From NCBI GenBank assembly GCA_000934665.2, contig KZ538006.1, positions 372,001 to 423,453 on the forward strand: a stretch of DNA of 51,453 nucleotides. Reading direction: 5' to 3'. Shown piece after piece: positions 32,996 to 44,931 of the stretch (positions are counted from its first letter, which is position 1; each line of letters starts with the position of its first letter). The position numbers and the translations under genes were made by a program. The DNA comes from Catajapyx aquilonaris (lineage: Eukaryota). Below the pieces are notes generated by a model. The model was not told where the DNA came from. It worked only from the letters and a program-made list of their open reading frames with translations, and ran no database searches.

Positions 32996-35851
32996 CCTGC
33001 ACCGAACAAGTGCTGGGAGTCATCGCTTTAGCAAGAAAGAGAGAGAGACCAGAAGCACGTTTTGAGAGACAGAAGGCGAGTTTGTACCTGTGGGCCAATT
33101 TTCTTGGTGTGTGCGTGTGTTACATGTATGAATGTTAAAAGTTGCCTGTTGTATATTTTTTGGTAGGAGCGTTTTTTGAGTGCTCCACTGCATTCCTGTT
33201 TCAGACGTCACGTATTTTTTTTGACGATAACTTATTCTTGTTAACATATGTGTCGTATTGGGCAAGCAGCCTTGGGGTTGCTTCTGTGTGTACAAGGAAA
33301 TTACCTTAATTTCAGTCTGATGTCATGATAAAACCAAATACGTTAAAGTTGCATCAACACATTCAAGAGTCGAACTGATGAAGCATCTCGCATTCAAATC
33401 TCATAGGAAGACAGACGAGGATGTAGTTGTATTTACTGCCACAAACTGTTTCGCATTCTATGCCAGACTACTCATCAAATTCATAATTCAGACTATTAAA
33501 ATATTTTTGGTATGGTACTTTTAACTTGGATGCATTTTGAGCAAGTACTGTACGGAGTTGCATGGTGCTAACACATTGTTACGAGAGTCTTTGCTGGTTG
33601 TTGGGAAGTTGTTGACTTGTTGGAAATTGGTAGCTTAATTTTTAATACTGCGGCAGCTTTACAGGGCAACAACCAATTAGCATGAGCTACTTAAATGACA
33701 GAGATTGCCTTGGAATTGAGCAATTCACTGTCACAATCCTTGCTTATGTAATGACATTAGACTGAAATTCAGGTGACGTGCCTGAAGTAAATATTACTTT
33801 TTCTTACTCTCCAGCTTCATGGTCCATGGCCACATCAATGCAAGGTGGGACAAAATAGCCAATGATTATTGTCTTAATATGGAAACCGTACTGAGATAAC
33901 AGTTATATCCTCTGAAAGTGCATGTTATAATATGTAACCTGTTGTAGTTAGTGTTATCTGTTTTGTTGCCGCAAGACGTGGGCCCCCTGCTCGAGTAGAA
34001 GGAAGAAAAAAAAATTGTATGGCAGTCAGTATTATTGCAGCTCAAAATGTTTGTATGGATTGGGTGTGTCTCCTCTCTTAAAAAGTCCCCGAGTGAATGC
34101 CATGTGTGAGGCATACGTGAGCTGGGAGAATCTCACTTTTACTAGAGCTTTATCTTTACTCGCTATATGTCATTCTGTTTTCCACCAATTCCATCACGTA
34201 TGTATGTAAAACTGGAGTGTATTTTTTGCTCGCTTCTTGAGTGCTTCCATAGGCTACTAGTTAACGAAAGGTCCAGTTGAAGACTGGAACACCAAAGATG
34301 AGATATGCAAACTGTAATAGATATCATGACATTGCAGTGTTGCAACAAAGAAGATAACCTGTTGGCAGTTGTTGCGGTTTTTAATTGTCAGAATATAATA
34401 CAATGTTAGGATTAAAGGAGAATGCGAGTGGGCCACAAGCATGAAAGTGATAAATAAGCCACTAAGTTGACGAGGAGCGTTGGATAAGTTGCACTTATTT
34501 GTTAGTAACGAATACGGGCTACGGGTTAGCACTGTTTGCTCCGAATAGTCTATGCAACTTATCATTGCTCCAAGTACTTAAAATGTAGTGGTATGGAATT
34601 TGAGGTAACGCAGGGATAAGTCATTATTCTTCCACTGTGATGGCTGACTCTGTCATTAACAAGGACTGTAGTCTGCATTGTGTATTTATGAATATTTATA
34701 AAGCAGTCTGACGACATATACGTGTGCTTTTATTTTCTTCATGTGATGATTGTGGGGCGGCTTGTGGGTTTGTACACTTCAAATGTGTGTCTCTTGTGTT
34801 CGTATTAGAACAAGAAAATTGGTGGGATGGAGTTTCCTTATTTTTTTCGTTGCTGTCATAAATGACATTGTGGGTTTGAGGGAAAGGAGCACATGGTTGT
34901 ACTTAATAACTTCACTGGGAATGGGTCGCACACTTGAGTAGTGTCTCTTGGTTCATCGGGCCGAGTTTCTCATCATGTCGTGGGAAAGCTGGAACGACTT
35001 CTTGCTGCCAGTCATTTGTCAACTTTAGAGCAGTTTGCACCATTTTGATAGCATTTTTGCACGGTTTTCTCTTGAAAACATCTTGCGCCTGCTTCCTCCT
35101 CCCTGCGTGGCCTGCCACAGCCGCACCAACAATAACGGAGGGATGCGTCCAGCAATCATGTGAACTGGAGCAAATGATGTGGGAAATTCTTGCAAGGGAA
35201 AGCGAAGGCTACTCCTTGATGTCCTGCCCACAACCATTACCTTTTCATGTTATTGTTGTGCTGTCAACTGGGAGCTTGCGGTGTGTGGGTCAAGTGTAGC
35301 CAGAGTTCAAGACCGATGTGAGTGCCACAAGTCAAACATTGCAGGAAGTGCAATTTTGTGGTTTCTTTGCCTTGGTTGTAGAAATGAGAACTGGGTGTGT
35401 ACTGGTCAGCCAAATTTTTTTTAAATACTTTTCACCAATTAGGGTCCAATGCGGAATGTGAAAACCGGCCCATCTCCAATGGGTGTTAATTTACACCTCC
35501 ATCCAAGTCATAAAGGTTGTGACAACTTTCCCAGTAAACTGTCTCAAACTGGTAGCACAATCTACACGTCTTTACCACACTTGAAGGGTGGGACGAAGAA
35601 AAAGTGGAGAAGGTGGTGAAGGGGGTGCACTTTCTCTTCCTGCTGGACACTGGCCATCATGACCATCATCATGTGCAATGCAAGCTAAAAGGCGAGCATG
35701 GGTGAAAATGGTTGGTGTGTGGGAGTGGTGGAGGAGGTTTGGTGGTAGGGAGAGATGAGAGTCGAGGAGGCGGAACCACCAACTTTTTGGAGGGCAATTC
35801 AGTCCGTGCTGGCAGGTTAGGAAAGGCAGAAGGTTGAATCCAGCACAGGAC

Positions 35852-38800
35852 ATGGGAATGAAGAGAGGTCGAGGAACATACGTGGATCCGTGGGACCTGG
35901 AGAATGTGGCGTACATACGTCGACAGTCCATATGTCAGTTCCAGCCTTTCCAGCCTGAGCCCACCAGCTTGTCCACCAGCGGAGTGACTGGCTCTGAAGA
36001 GGAGGATTCTCCAGTGGCTGATGTGGAGGAAGCAGCCTTTTCCAACCCAAGGTATGAGCCTGTGGACCACTACGGATTGTACGTGGACATGGCACCATCG
36101 CCCACCAGCTGCGGACCATCGTCGTTTCGTCCAAGAAGCATCCTCACGTCGCTCACAGGTACGACAATCCAATTCATTGTTGACTCTTTTTTTTCCAGCT
36201 ACAACATAATTGTTGACAAGAAATTTGCCGCGCATTGTTGCGTAGAACCCAGTTGTTCACGGGATGTTTAAAAAAAAGTGATTTAGAGTGCAGTAATCAC
36301 CTAGGTGATTAATTATGGGATTCATCGGTCCAAAAATTTGAGTTAACAGGGCTTGAAGGAACCGGGAGAAATGAATTTAACTGGTTTAAGTACCGATAAG
36401 TCTGGACGAAAATGAGTTTGCTGTGGCTGATAGTTCAGTTTCATTACATGTGAGTGAGAAAAATGAACTCGATTTTATTACAACTTCGTACTGAGTATTG
36501 AGCTGAAATCATGTCGTTAATAACTGAATTAAGCGCTTCAAAATTCAGAAATTCGTGGCTAATCATTCTGTATAATATTATTGCAAATTTGTTAAAATAT
36601 GCACCAACAAGTTGACCGCTGATTAGGAATTTATGTCGACGGTTCAGGTCCAGTTACAGCTATGAAAAAGTGGATTTATAGCTCTTATTAATGTTGGCAA
36701 AAAAATTAACCAAACAATAGCAATAGCTCGAACGGTGCCACTGGGGCCTGAAAGGTCACATTTGCATATTGTCCGAGATATTTTTATTTGAAAGTATGGA
36801 CATCTTGTCCACGGATTCCTTAGATCCCACAGCTTTCTTTCACCACACCCTGTACATGTTACTCGATCGTTTCGTACACATCACGATCATTCTTGCAGCA
36901 AGAACCTTCCGCAACCCGTACCACCACCAGTAAATTCCCTTTTTTTTTTAAAAAAAAAAAAACGTTTTTCAAACGTCCCGAACCAGAAACGGAAACCGCA
37001 GCATTTTTAACCCCCATCCTCCAAAAAAAGAAGAAGAGAAGAAGCCCAAGTATGTCACGCCATATTTCACCTCATTACATAACAGTTTGACCTGCCTCCA
37101 CACTTCCAGAAGTTATTAATACAGTACATTCAGTACCGTATGTTTCCAACAGTTTTTCAGTCATTTTTTTTGGCGTGAAAAGATGCACAAAGATTTTTGT
37201 GACCAAAAAGTTCACGAAGGAGGTCGACCCGCTACACTTTTAAAAATGTGGTCAAGGTCTTAAGCTGGACAACACCTACGAGAGAGAAAAAAAAATCAGA
37301 GCTGAACGTGCGCACGTGCGAAATGCACTTATCCCACTTACGCATGCTTAGCCATGTGCTTTGCGTTTTAATATTTACGACAACTATTGTTCGACACAAC
37401 TGAAGCACATTTTTTGTTTTTTTTTGGGGGGGGGAGGTAAAAAATTTCCTTTAAAAGTGGTTCATTGGATTTGACAAAATTTCGCACGCCAATTAAAAAA
37501 TATGCAGGTCCGTTAGGATTTTACACTGGTTTTTCGTACGGGAACTTAAAAAAGCGAAATTGGATGATTGTGAAGTCATGCGTTAAGATGATAATTTCTC
37601 CGATGCATTTTTTTTTTCGCCAACTGTGTGGCTATACGGTACAGTTGGCTGGAAAATTCCTTTCACTTCTTTTTCGGAGCCAAAAAATGGTGACCACAGG
37701 TGACGCCCTCAAATATTTCATTATTTGAAATATTTAACCCTACATATGTTAAATTCACGGAAATAAGTACAGGTCATACTTTGCAAGAAAAAAGAAAGTG
37801 TTGAGGAAAGATGATCCACACCCATAGTAAGTACACACTTTAGAACAATGTTTTGGTTGCGTGCCATGAGCCTTGTAAGGTCGTTGGATGGGTGAGGCTC
37901 GAAATGGACCTAAACTTCCTATTTGACCAAAAAAATGTGCAAAAAATTTTCTCTCCGGTTAGGTGCATATTCGCATATCCGGTCATCTACCTTCACACAC
38001 ACGCATGATGGATGCTTTCTTTTTTCCCACGGTTTGATAGCTGGAAAATCTCACTGACCTTTGCTCAGTTTAATGGACAGTTGCTAGTAAGGACGATTCA
38101 TGCTTAGACCCCTCAGATCTCGTAAAAAAAAGTGAAGGTTCCCGTTATGGGGGTGTGCGTGCAGAATTTGATAAAATGGACTGCTGGCTCTATTCCACCA
38201 TAAGAAACATGTAAAAGGAGGAATTGTGGGTTGAGAAGGAAGTGCAATTTTTGCTTGGCTTTTTTTTGTCTACTGGAGAGGCACAACAATACGGGGTTTT
38301 TTTTTTCCTCAGGAATGTTCAGAATGGTTTTGCTACACTGATCATGAATATCGGATGAGCGGGTTATGCGCAAAATGTGAATAAAGGGATGAAACTATTC
38401 GTAGTTTACACATATGTTACATAGTAGCAACCGAGTGCGCACCCACACTCGCGCAGCTCCATAATGCCAACCGAGTGTAGGCTGCGCGAACTATAGTGCG
38501 CACTTGGTGTCGCCCATAAAAAATCATCTACCGGGTTATTTATCATACAATGTATTGTCTTCTAATTGCTGGGAGTCACCTGCGAACAATAACCATTATG
38601 CAAGTAAAGTCCTGGCATTCAACAGTTGATGATGACAATATTGTTCGCGCAATTCATGTGAAGTGTTTGGATGGCACTCTGTGCCGCGATAACGAGTGAA
38701 AGCTCGGGTTGTGTCCAAGGGTGTTCGGAAAACAATAAATCGGAAAAGGGGGGGCTGCTGGCCGCGGATTCCCTCCACTGAATTCGGGTGCTGGCCCCCA

Positions 38801-40204
38801 ATCATTCAAGTGTTAACTCCAGTCGAACTTCTTCAGTCCAAAGTGGCCTTCGACACATTATACTGGAAACAAACAGAATAATCTGCTCAAGGTTGATATT
38901 TTCCACCCCAGGTCGCAGGCCTAGAAAAATGTGAGCGAAGCGAGTGTTTTTCTAGTTTTAAAAAAATGCAATAACTATCATTGTGAGTAACATATTTTGA
39001 TGTCCATGTAATGTTCCGATATTTCTCTGTGTGCGGCTCTGTAATAGGAGAGAAAGCGTAAAAGACTGTAATCACCGCTCTCATATATTTCCCATTGTGG
39101 ATGAGGAAAAAAATGTGGTGTAGACCACGAGAGGAGGAACCATTCACCTGTACTTTATACCACCAATAGACTGATAAAGTATGCATTCCGTTGTGAAACT
39201 GCTTGAAGTAATTAGATTTTCAGTTTTATTGCCCCTCTCCGTTATCCTAAGTTTTGCATCAGAAAGTAGCAAAATGACCACCTGTGAGCGAATCAGGTCG
39301 AACCAAGAAGGAAAACCTAATCATGTGCAGCACGACAAATTATCCGGAAAGTTTGAGCTTTATAAGGGTTAACGGACGTGACGACCATTGTTGTTGTAAG
39401 GTCACGACAAACGCGATTATACCGAGCCTTGCCCTTGACGATTGTCAGGAACATGTGTACAGTATAGTCAATTGCAAAGAGAGAAGAACTGGCTTTGCAC
39501 TTATAACCGGTTAGGATGAGTTTGAGGTCCACTTTCGCCCAAAACTTTTTATCCTACTTTGTATGGCCCTGTCGTGACTTGGACTCCTCTTCCTGACCTC
39601 CATTGGAAACATTTTTCACGCCTTATTTTGAAAAGTTTATTACCTGCTGACAAGTCTGACCTGATGTTCCAGATGGCGATTCGTACGAGGACTGCGAGAT
39701 GGGTCACTCCGGTAGCAGTGACCCCGACTACCAGCTGTTGACCTCGCATAATTCGACCCAAACGGCCAGCTGGCAGTTCAAGTCTCCTCAAGTGTGGTCA
39801 AATCTGGATTATGTGGATTATGCTGGACCCAACAGCATCTATTACTATCCTAAGCAGCAGTTTATTCCTCCGGTCAATCTGGCCAAGTTGCCACCAAGAT
39901 GCTTTGTGGACGTCCCTCCACTTAGGTAATATGCTCGTTTGACCTTTGACCCCCGGACTTGTCTAATTTTGTGAATATTTTCAGGGGAAGGCCGGTGAAG
40001 CTGGCTAGTGGTAAGCCTCCTCCTCTGAAGAAGAGGTCACCGGAAGCGTCACCTCCGCCCACTGCGTCACCGGAGGTCATGGGTTACGTGTGTCCTCGAC
40101 CGCCTCACATTGGTTTGGGCAAACATGGGCATATGCACATCGACTACTCCCTGAGCTGGCAGAGGCTGGACTATTACGTGAGCCAGGTGGCTCTCAACGG
40201 ATGA
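35852..40204 (+). CDS. Uncharacterised protein, ~259 aa, 3 exons (N-terminus uncertain)
   Basis: Exons 35852-36158, 39673-39925, 39985-40204 with GT-AG sites and matching phases (1, 2); GC-richer coding-like composition. Motifs RGTYVDPWDLENVAYIRR and PRPPHIGLGKHGHMHIDYSLSWQRLDYYV flank Ser/Pro/acidic sequence. No domain recognised. Confidence 0.75.
38427..38519. mobile_element. MITE, GCAACCGAGTGCGCAC family (degenerate copy)
   Basis: GCAACCGAGTGCGCAC..TCGCGCAGC ... GCTGCGCGAACTATAGTGCGCACTTGGTGTCGCCCATAA; same terminal motif as 22034-22505 and 43727-43926. Confidence 0.7.
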
Positions 40205-43200
40205 TCATTTGCAGATCATTTGCATCTTGTCAGGGACTATTCAAAGGGAGGTTTGAAATTATTTTTTTTGAAGGGGGATTGTAGGTGGTAGAGCCAATAA
40301 TGGGAGGAGGAAAAAAGTAAACACGCAAAGAAAAAATAGGCAGACTGCTTTCTCCAAACGGATATGAGGACTTGAGACAAGTGAGGTTAAGACGCATGAC
40401 ATTTTTCATGAGGCTGACAGTCATAATTGGTGGTCCTGAGGATTCGACTTTGTTGGAATTACAGGGTGCTGCAACTCAATTGGCTGTAAAGATGGTGCTA
40501 TTCGACACGATTCAACCTAATAATAGAGCTAGGTTATATTATTTGGTATTCCTAGATATACAGTTAGAAAGTAATTCATTGTGCTAGGCAGCTTGATTTA
40601 TTCTGGGAAGTGCTTTTGATAACTCAAACATGGCTACAGAATGAAGGATCAACCTGGGACATTTTTATGCTATATGATATCAGTATGTTATTATAAGTAG
40701 TTTATGGAAACAGACATTGACAAGTGACTGACGAGCAATGGACAGACCAATGACATTTTCATTTGCATACAGCTTGTTCTGGTGGAAAAAAGGTACTGCG
40801 CATTTCAACTGAATTTACAACGTAACGGGGCGTCAAATATTTAAAAAACTGCTGATGTTAAATAGTTATAACGTAAAATTAGGGACAAATGCCCCCTCTT
40901 AATTGGCTTGATGAGCTCTGCGTGACGGGACTTCAGACGTCAGAATCATATTGACCCCACACATCTTCCTCTAACGACGTAACACAAATTTTGTGAAACA
41001 ATTGACCTCTTATACTTTGACCTGGAATTCTTGATGACTACCAACCGACACGTGACAAAAAGACGCGTGAATTGCACTCATGCACCGTATTTCCAGCAAT
41101 AATTATACTGTAATGGACTTGTTTATTCATAGAAATATTTCTTCTTGTCAAAGAACAGCAATTTCGCACTCTAGTTATTATACGGAATGTTAGCAGTGCA
41201 GTACAGTTTCAGGTGCATTACTGACAAACCGTTGTTTTTAAAAAATGGACATTTCCTGGACACTTTTTGTAGCACATTGTAACAGCACATAGTAAAGTAT
41301 GTGCTTCAATATAATATGTAACTAAACAACTGATATCTTCAAAAGTCTTGCATGTGCAATGCATGAGTAATAATCGAATTGCTTCATGTATGGTTTTTAA
41401 ACATATGTCAAACCGATTGCATCTGAAGCCACGCCATGGCACCGATATTAATCTTAATCGCCACAACTGTCGACACACTGTAAGGATCTCACCGATATTA
41501 TGATTGTCAGTGTTCACACTGGTTTTAACATGTAGCACAGACGCCAAGACGTTGTGATTTTGTCACTTTTTTTTCCGCCACCCCGAAAAACCTTTGTGAA
41601 AAAGAAGAAGAATAAAGAAGGCGAGTTGGCCTACTTTGTGCCGTTTAAATAGTGCATGGACACTGTGGATGTTCATAATACATTTATGCACCATGGGTGT
41701 GTCTTTAAAATCAGGGATGAGTGACCTGACTGCCCAACACGGGCAATGGAACTCTTACTTTTTTGCGCTAAATAATGTACGGGGAGAAAAATATTTACTT
41801 AATTATTGACAAATGAATACATCGCCATTAAATCGAATTTGTATGTTGGTAATTATGGTGTTAGTTAATGCGCTTTCTGGTTTCCGTTATGTTTGCAACA
41901 ACAGGAACCGCGAAACAATACATAAAAAGGATGCTGATTATTGGTGCTGAATTTTATTTCACCAGTATTATTTCTTGAAGTGAATAATAATCGAGGTGCA
42001 ATAATACAACTTATTTATGTATAAAGTGTTAGAGCATTGGCTTTTCCTATAGGCTATCATGTTTATTTTGCTTCCGCAGAGTTAGAGTGTTTGGCATTTG
42101 CTTTTGGCTTGGGAAGTGTTAAGTAGTTACATCATTCATGCAGCATGTCCATTCGTAATGTGGAATAACACGTGTACATTGTTATTTATTTGTTTTGGTT
42201 AATAAAAGGGACTTGGTTTTAATATTTGTATGCATCTAGCATCTGCATATGAAGGAAAATGTAATACAAGGTGGACCTATATCGGGTGGTAGTACTTATT
42301 GGTCAATCATGTAAGTCATCTGAAGTAATGAATATGGGAAATCATCATCATCATCATCTATTGAATACTGTTAGTAGAAATGTGGCCAAATCATCACAAA
42401 TGCACCGGATGTTTCATCATTAGTCATATGGTTGTTAGGGTGAGTTCTAGCATTAATTTGATATTCGAAGCCTCGTTACTGACTCGTGGAATAATTAGCT
42501 TTGATTTAACCAAAAAATGCACTGAAGGAAGTGTACTATTTCATTTTATTGTCTCGGTCTAGGTCTAGCATTAATTATGTGTTGCTAGTTTTTTGCTACT
42601 AGATAACACCCAATTAAATGGCACAGGCAAGGCTGCATAGAGGAGTGAATAACTGCCAGGATACTTTACATATATACATGTGTAAGACTAAGACTAGAGA
42701 GATTACCTGATTGCGATTTGCGAAGACCATAAAACAACTCTCTATAAAATGATTTCTTGATCTCCAAGAACTCATCTTAGCTACAATAGTTCTGGCTGAT
42801 AAAATTGTATTTTTTTCCCCCCTCCTTGTGTGAAAAGGACGCCAAATTCTCCATTGTAAAACCGAGCAGTTGTGTGAGAGACGCCATTGCAAATCCCAAC
42901 GCCCCTGTAGCTACTAATGGTGCAGGTTTCCTGCTGGACCCTCCCTACTTACTCTCAAGCTGCGTAAAAACCTTTGCAACTGAGATGATGGATAATCTCT
43001 GGGATAGTTGGAAACTCCTTCAATTCAGCTGAAAACCAGGGGGATATCCATGCATCTGGCCTGGTCACCTCCTTGTCAGAGAATGATGAGAGCGCCTCCC
43101 CATACATCTTCCTAGCTGATGGACAATAATAAGCAACACGAGTAGCTTAGAGTTGGGAAAGGAAACACCTGAGGCGTCAGTCAAGCAAGCAGCCAATCCG

Positions 43201-43726
43201 ATCTAGTCTTGTGTTCGCTGTCAAATACTTGGTTTTGTCTTCTTATTGACTTGGAACCTTTTGTGTCTCTGTCAGACCACCTGCAGAGGAAAAAGGAGGA
43301 TCTCCCGTGGTGAGTGTCCCTGAGCCATAAATTGGCTTAGGGAAGGAAGGAAGTGGGGGCTTCCAAGGATAAAAAGCTATGTCTCGAAGGAAGTGAAGGC
43401 TTCTAATTTCAAACACACGGTCTGTAATACGTATTTATTAACAGGGGAGAGGGTAAAGTACAGACTAGAAAACGGGAGGTCAGCAACAGCAGTCGGGAGG
43501 TCATCACTCGTGGTGTCTGGAAGGTCAATTCAAAATGCCAAATTAGCACTGCACAGTATAGACTTCGGTAACAATCTTGTTCCGACTTCAAAACTGCAGA
43601 ACGAAAAATATGTTCCGACCTGGAGACGGAACATTACGTGTACTGTACGTTTCTGGATATTCAAAAGACAATTATTAATGAAACAACTTGATGAATTAAA
43701 AATAGTAGCAATAATCGACGATTTTC

Positions 43727-43926
43727 TTACGAGCGCAACTGAGTGCGCACCATCACTCGAACAAGTCTATTGTTCCAACAACATTGCCAGTTACTCCTCA
43801 ACCAAATTCACACCGGTAGCCTCTAAGGTTCGTTCCAGAGCCTTGGCAACGTCGCAAAAGCCCCATCAAGCGTAGTGTTGGAAACAATTTGCGCGAACTG
43901 TGTTGCGCACTCGGTTGCGCTCATAA
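43727..43926. mobile_element. MITE, GCAACCGAGTGCGCAC family (200-bp copy with TTA/TAA ends)
   Basis: TTACGAGCGCAACTGAGTGCGCA ... TGCGCACTCGGTTGCGCTCATAA, plus inner ATTGTTCCAACA / TGTTGGAAACAAT. Confidence 0.8.
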
Positions 43927-44056
43927 AAAAATCGGATATATCAGCAGCCTCGTGTAAACAGGTATTTACTAAGGTGGGATATGTTCACATAATGTTCAGT
44001 ACATCCGAGCAAGTTTTGTTGGAAGTCGCGACGGACAATTTGGAACATGTACTGAC

Positions 44057-44857
44057 CTAGTGACTGCCACCGAAAGAGCTGTGGTCATCTCCGCCTCCGG
44101 AGGATGAGAACCCGCCAATGTGGTGTCCACCGTCGTCTCCTCCTCCGCTGTGGTGCTCCTCCTTGATGAAGACTGGTACCTTCTGGTAGACGGTGTATGG
44201 CACCTTATGCACCACTGGTATCTTGTGCACCACTGGCACCTTGTGGTACTCTGGGATCTTGTGCACCACAGGAACGTGCTTGACCTCAGGGACCTTAACA
44301 ACGTAAGGGATCTTGTGGACCTCTGGCACCTTCACCACCACATGGTGTATCTTCTTCTTCGGTTCTGGAGCTTCCTGCAAATCAAGTTCGCTTTACATTA
44401 TTTCCTTTCACTCACCCTGAAGCAAAGCAGGAACAAGACATTTTTTTTTTTTTTGGGGGGGGGGGGGTGGTTATAATTACTGAGTAGAAAGCTGCACTTA
44501 CGTACGACTCCTGCTTGACCTCATGGCCGAAGCTGTACTCATGGTGACCATGCTTCTGTCCGGACACTTTGGCGTACCCGAACCCATGCTCCTTCTTGTA
44601 CCCATCCTTATGGCCATCCCCGAAACTCTCGCCCTTATGCGATATGTAGAACCCATGCTCGTACTTGAAGTCATCACCTGCTTGGCACCATCCAGCAACT
44701 CCAAGGAGCAGAAGCGCCGATATAATTGTCTGCAACAAATAGACAACAATTATTCTCAACAATCACACGACTGTTGCTCACTGATGCGACCTCAACATCG
44801 AAGAATGAAATCAAGAAATGTTAGACCCAGGTCAGTGATACTTACAAAAGAGGCCAT
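44057..44857 (-). CDS. Secreted His/Gly-rich, Val-Pro-repeat low-complexity protein, probably cuticular, ~185 aa, 3 exons
   Basis: Exons 44857-44846 (MASF; upstream ATG at 44866), 44729-44502, 44374-44057; GTAAGT donors, CAG acceptors, all phase 0. Signal peptide TIISALLLLGVAGWCQA; repeats KVPEVH/KIPYVV/KVPEVK/HVPVVH/KIPEYH/KVPVVH; Gly-Ser-Asp-His tail. No R&R chitin-binding consensus seen. Confidence 0.88.
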
Positions 44858-44893
44858 GTTTGGCATGTGGTTGTGCGTACGAGAGCAAAAGTG

Positions 44894-44931
44894 AACTGAT
44901 GTCTTGCAGCCTCCTTTGGGTTTCTTATATA
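44894..44931 (-). promoter_or_regulatory. TATA box (TATATAAG) plus arthropod initiator (TCAGTT) of the cuticle-type gene
   Basis: Minus strand TATATAAG at 44931-44924, TCAGTT at 44899-44894 (~32 nt spacing), ~30-40 nt upstream of the ATG. Confidence 0.8.

Noticed and set aside
35678..35851. Upstream in-frame segment separated from the uncharacterised ORF by a single TGA at 35756 (readthrough or selenocysteine?)
   Set aside because: The upstream peptide is low-quality G-rich sequence and I saw no SECIS; more simply 5' UTR.
36294..36311. Perfect 18-bp palindrome TAATCACCTAGGTGATTA
   Set aside because: Single isolated instance with no flanking element or second copy, so no function can be assigned.
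43393..43875. 160-aa ORF
   Set aside because: GTG start, no domain, AT-rich, runs into a MITE and lies antisense to the cuticle gene 3' region.
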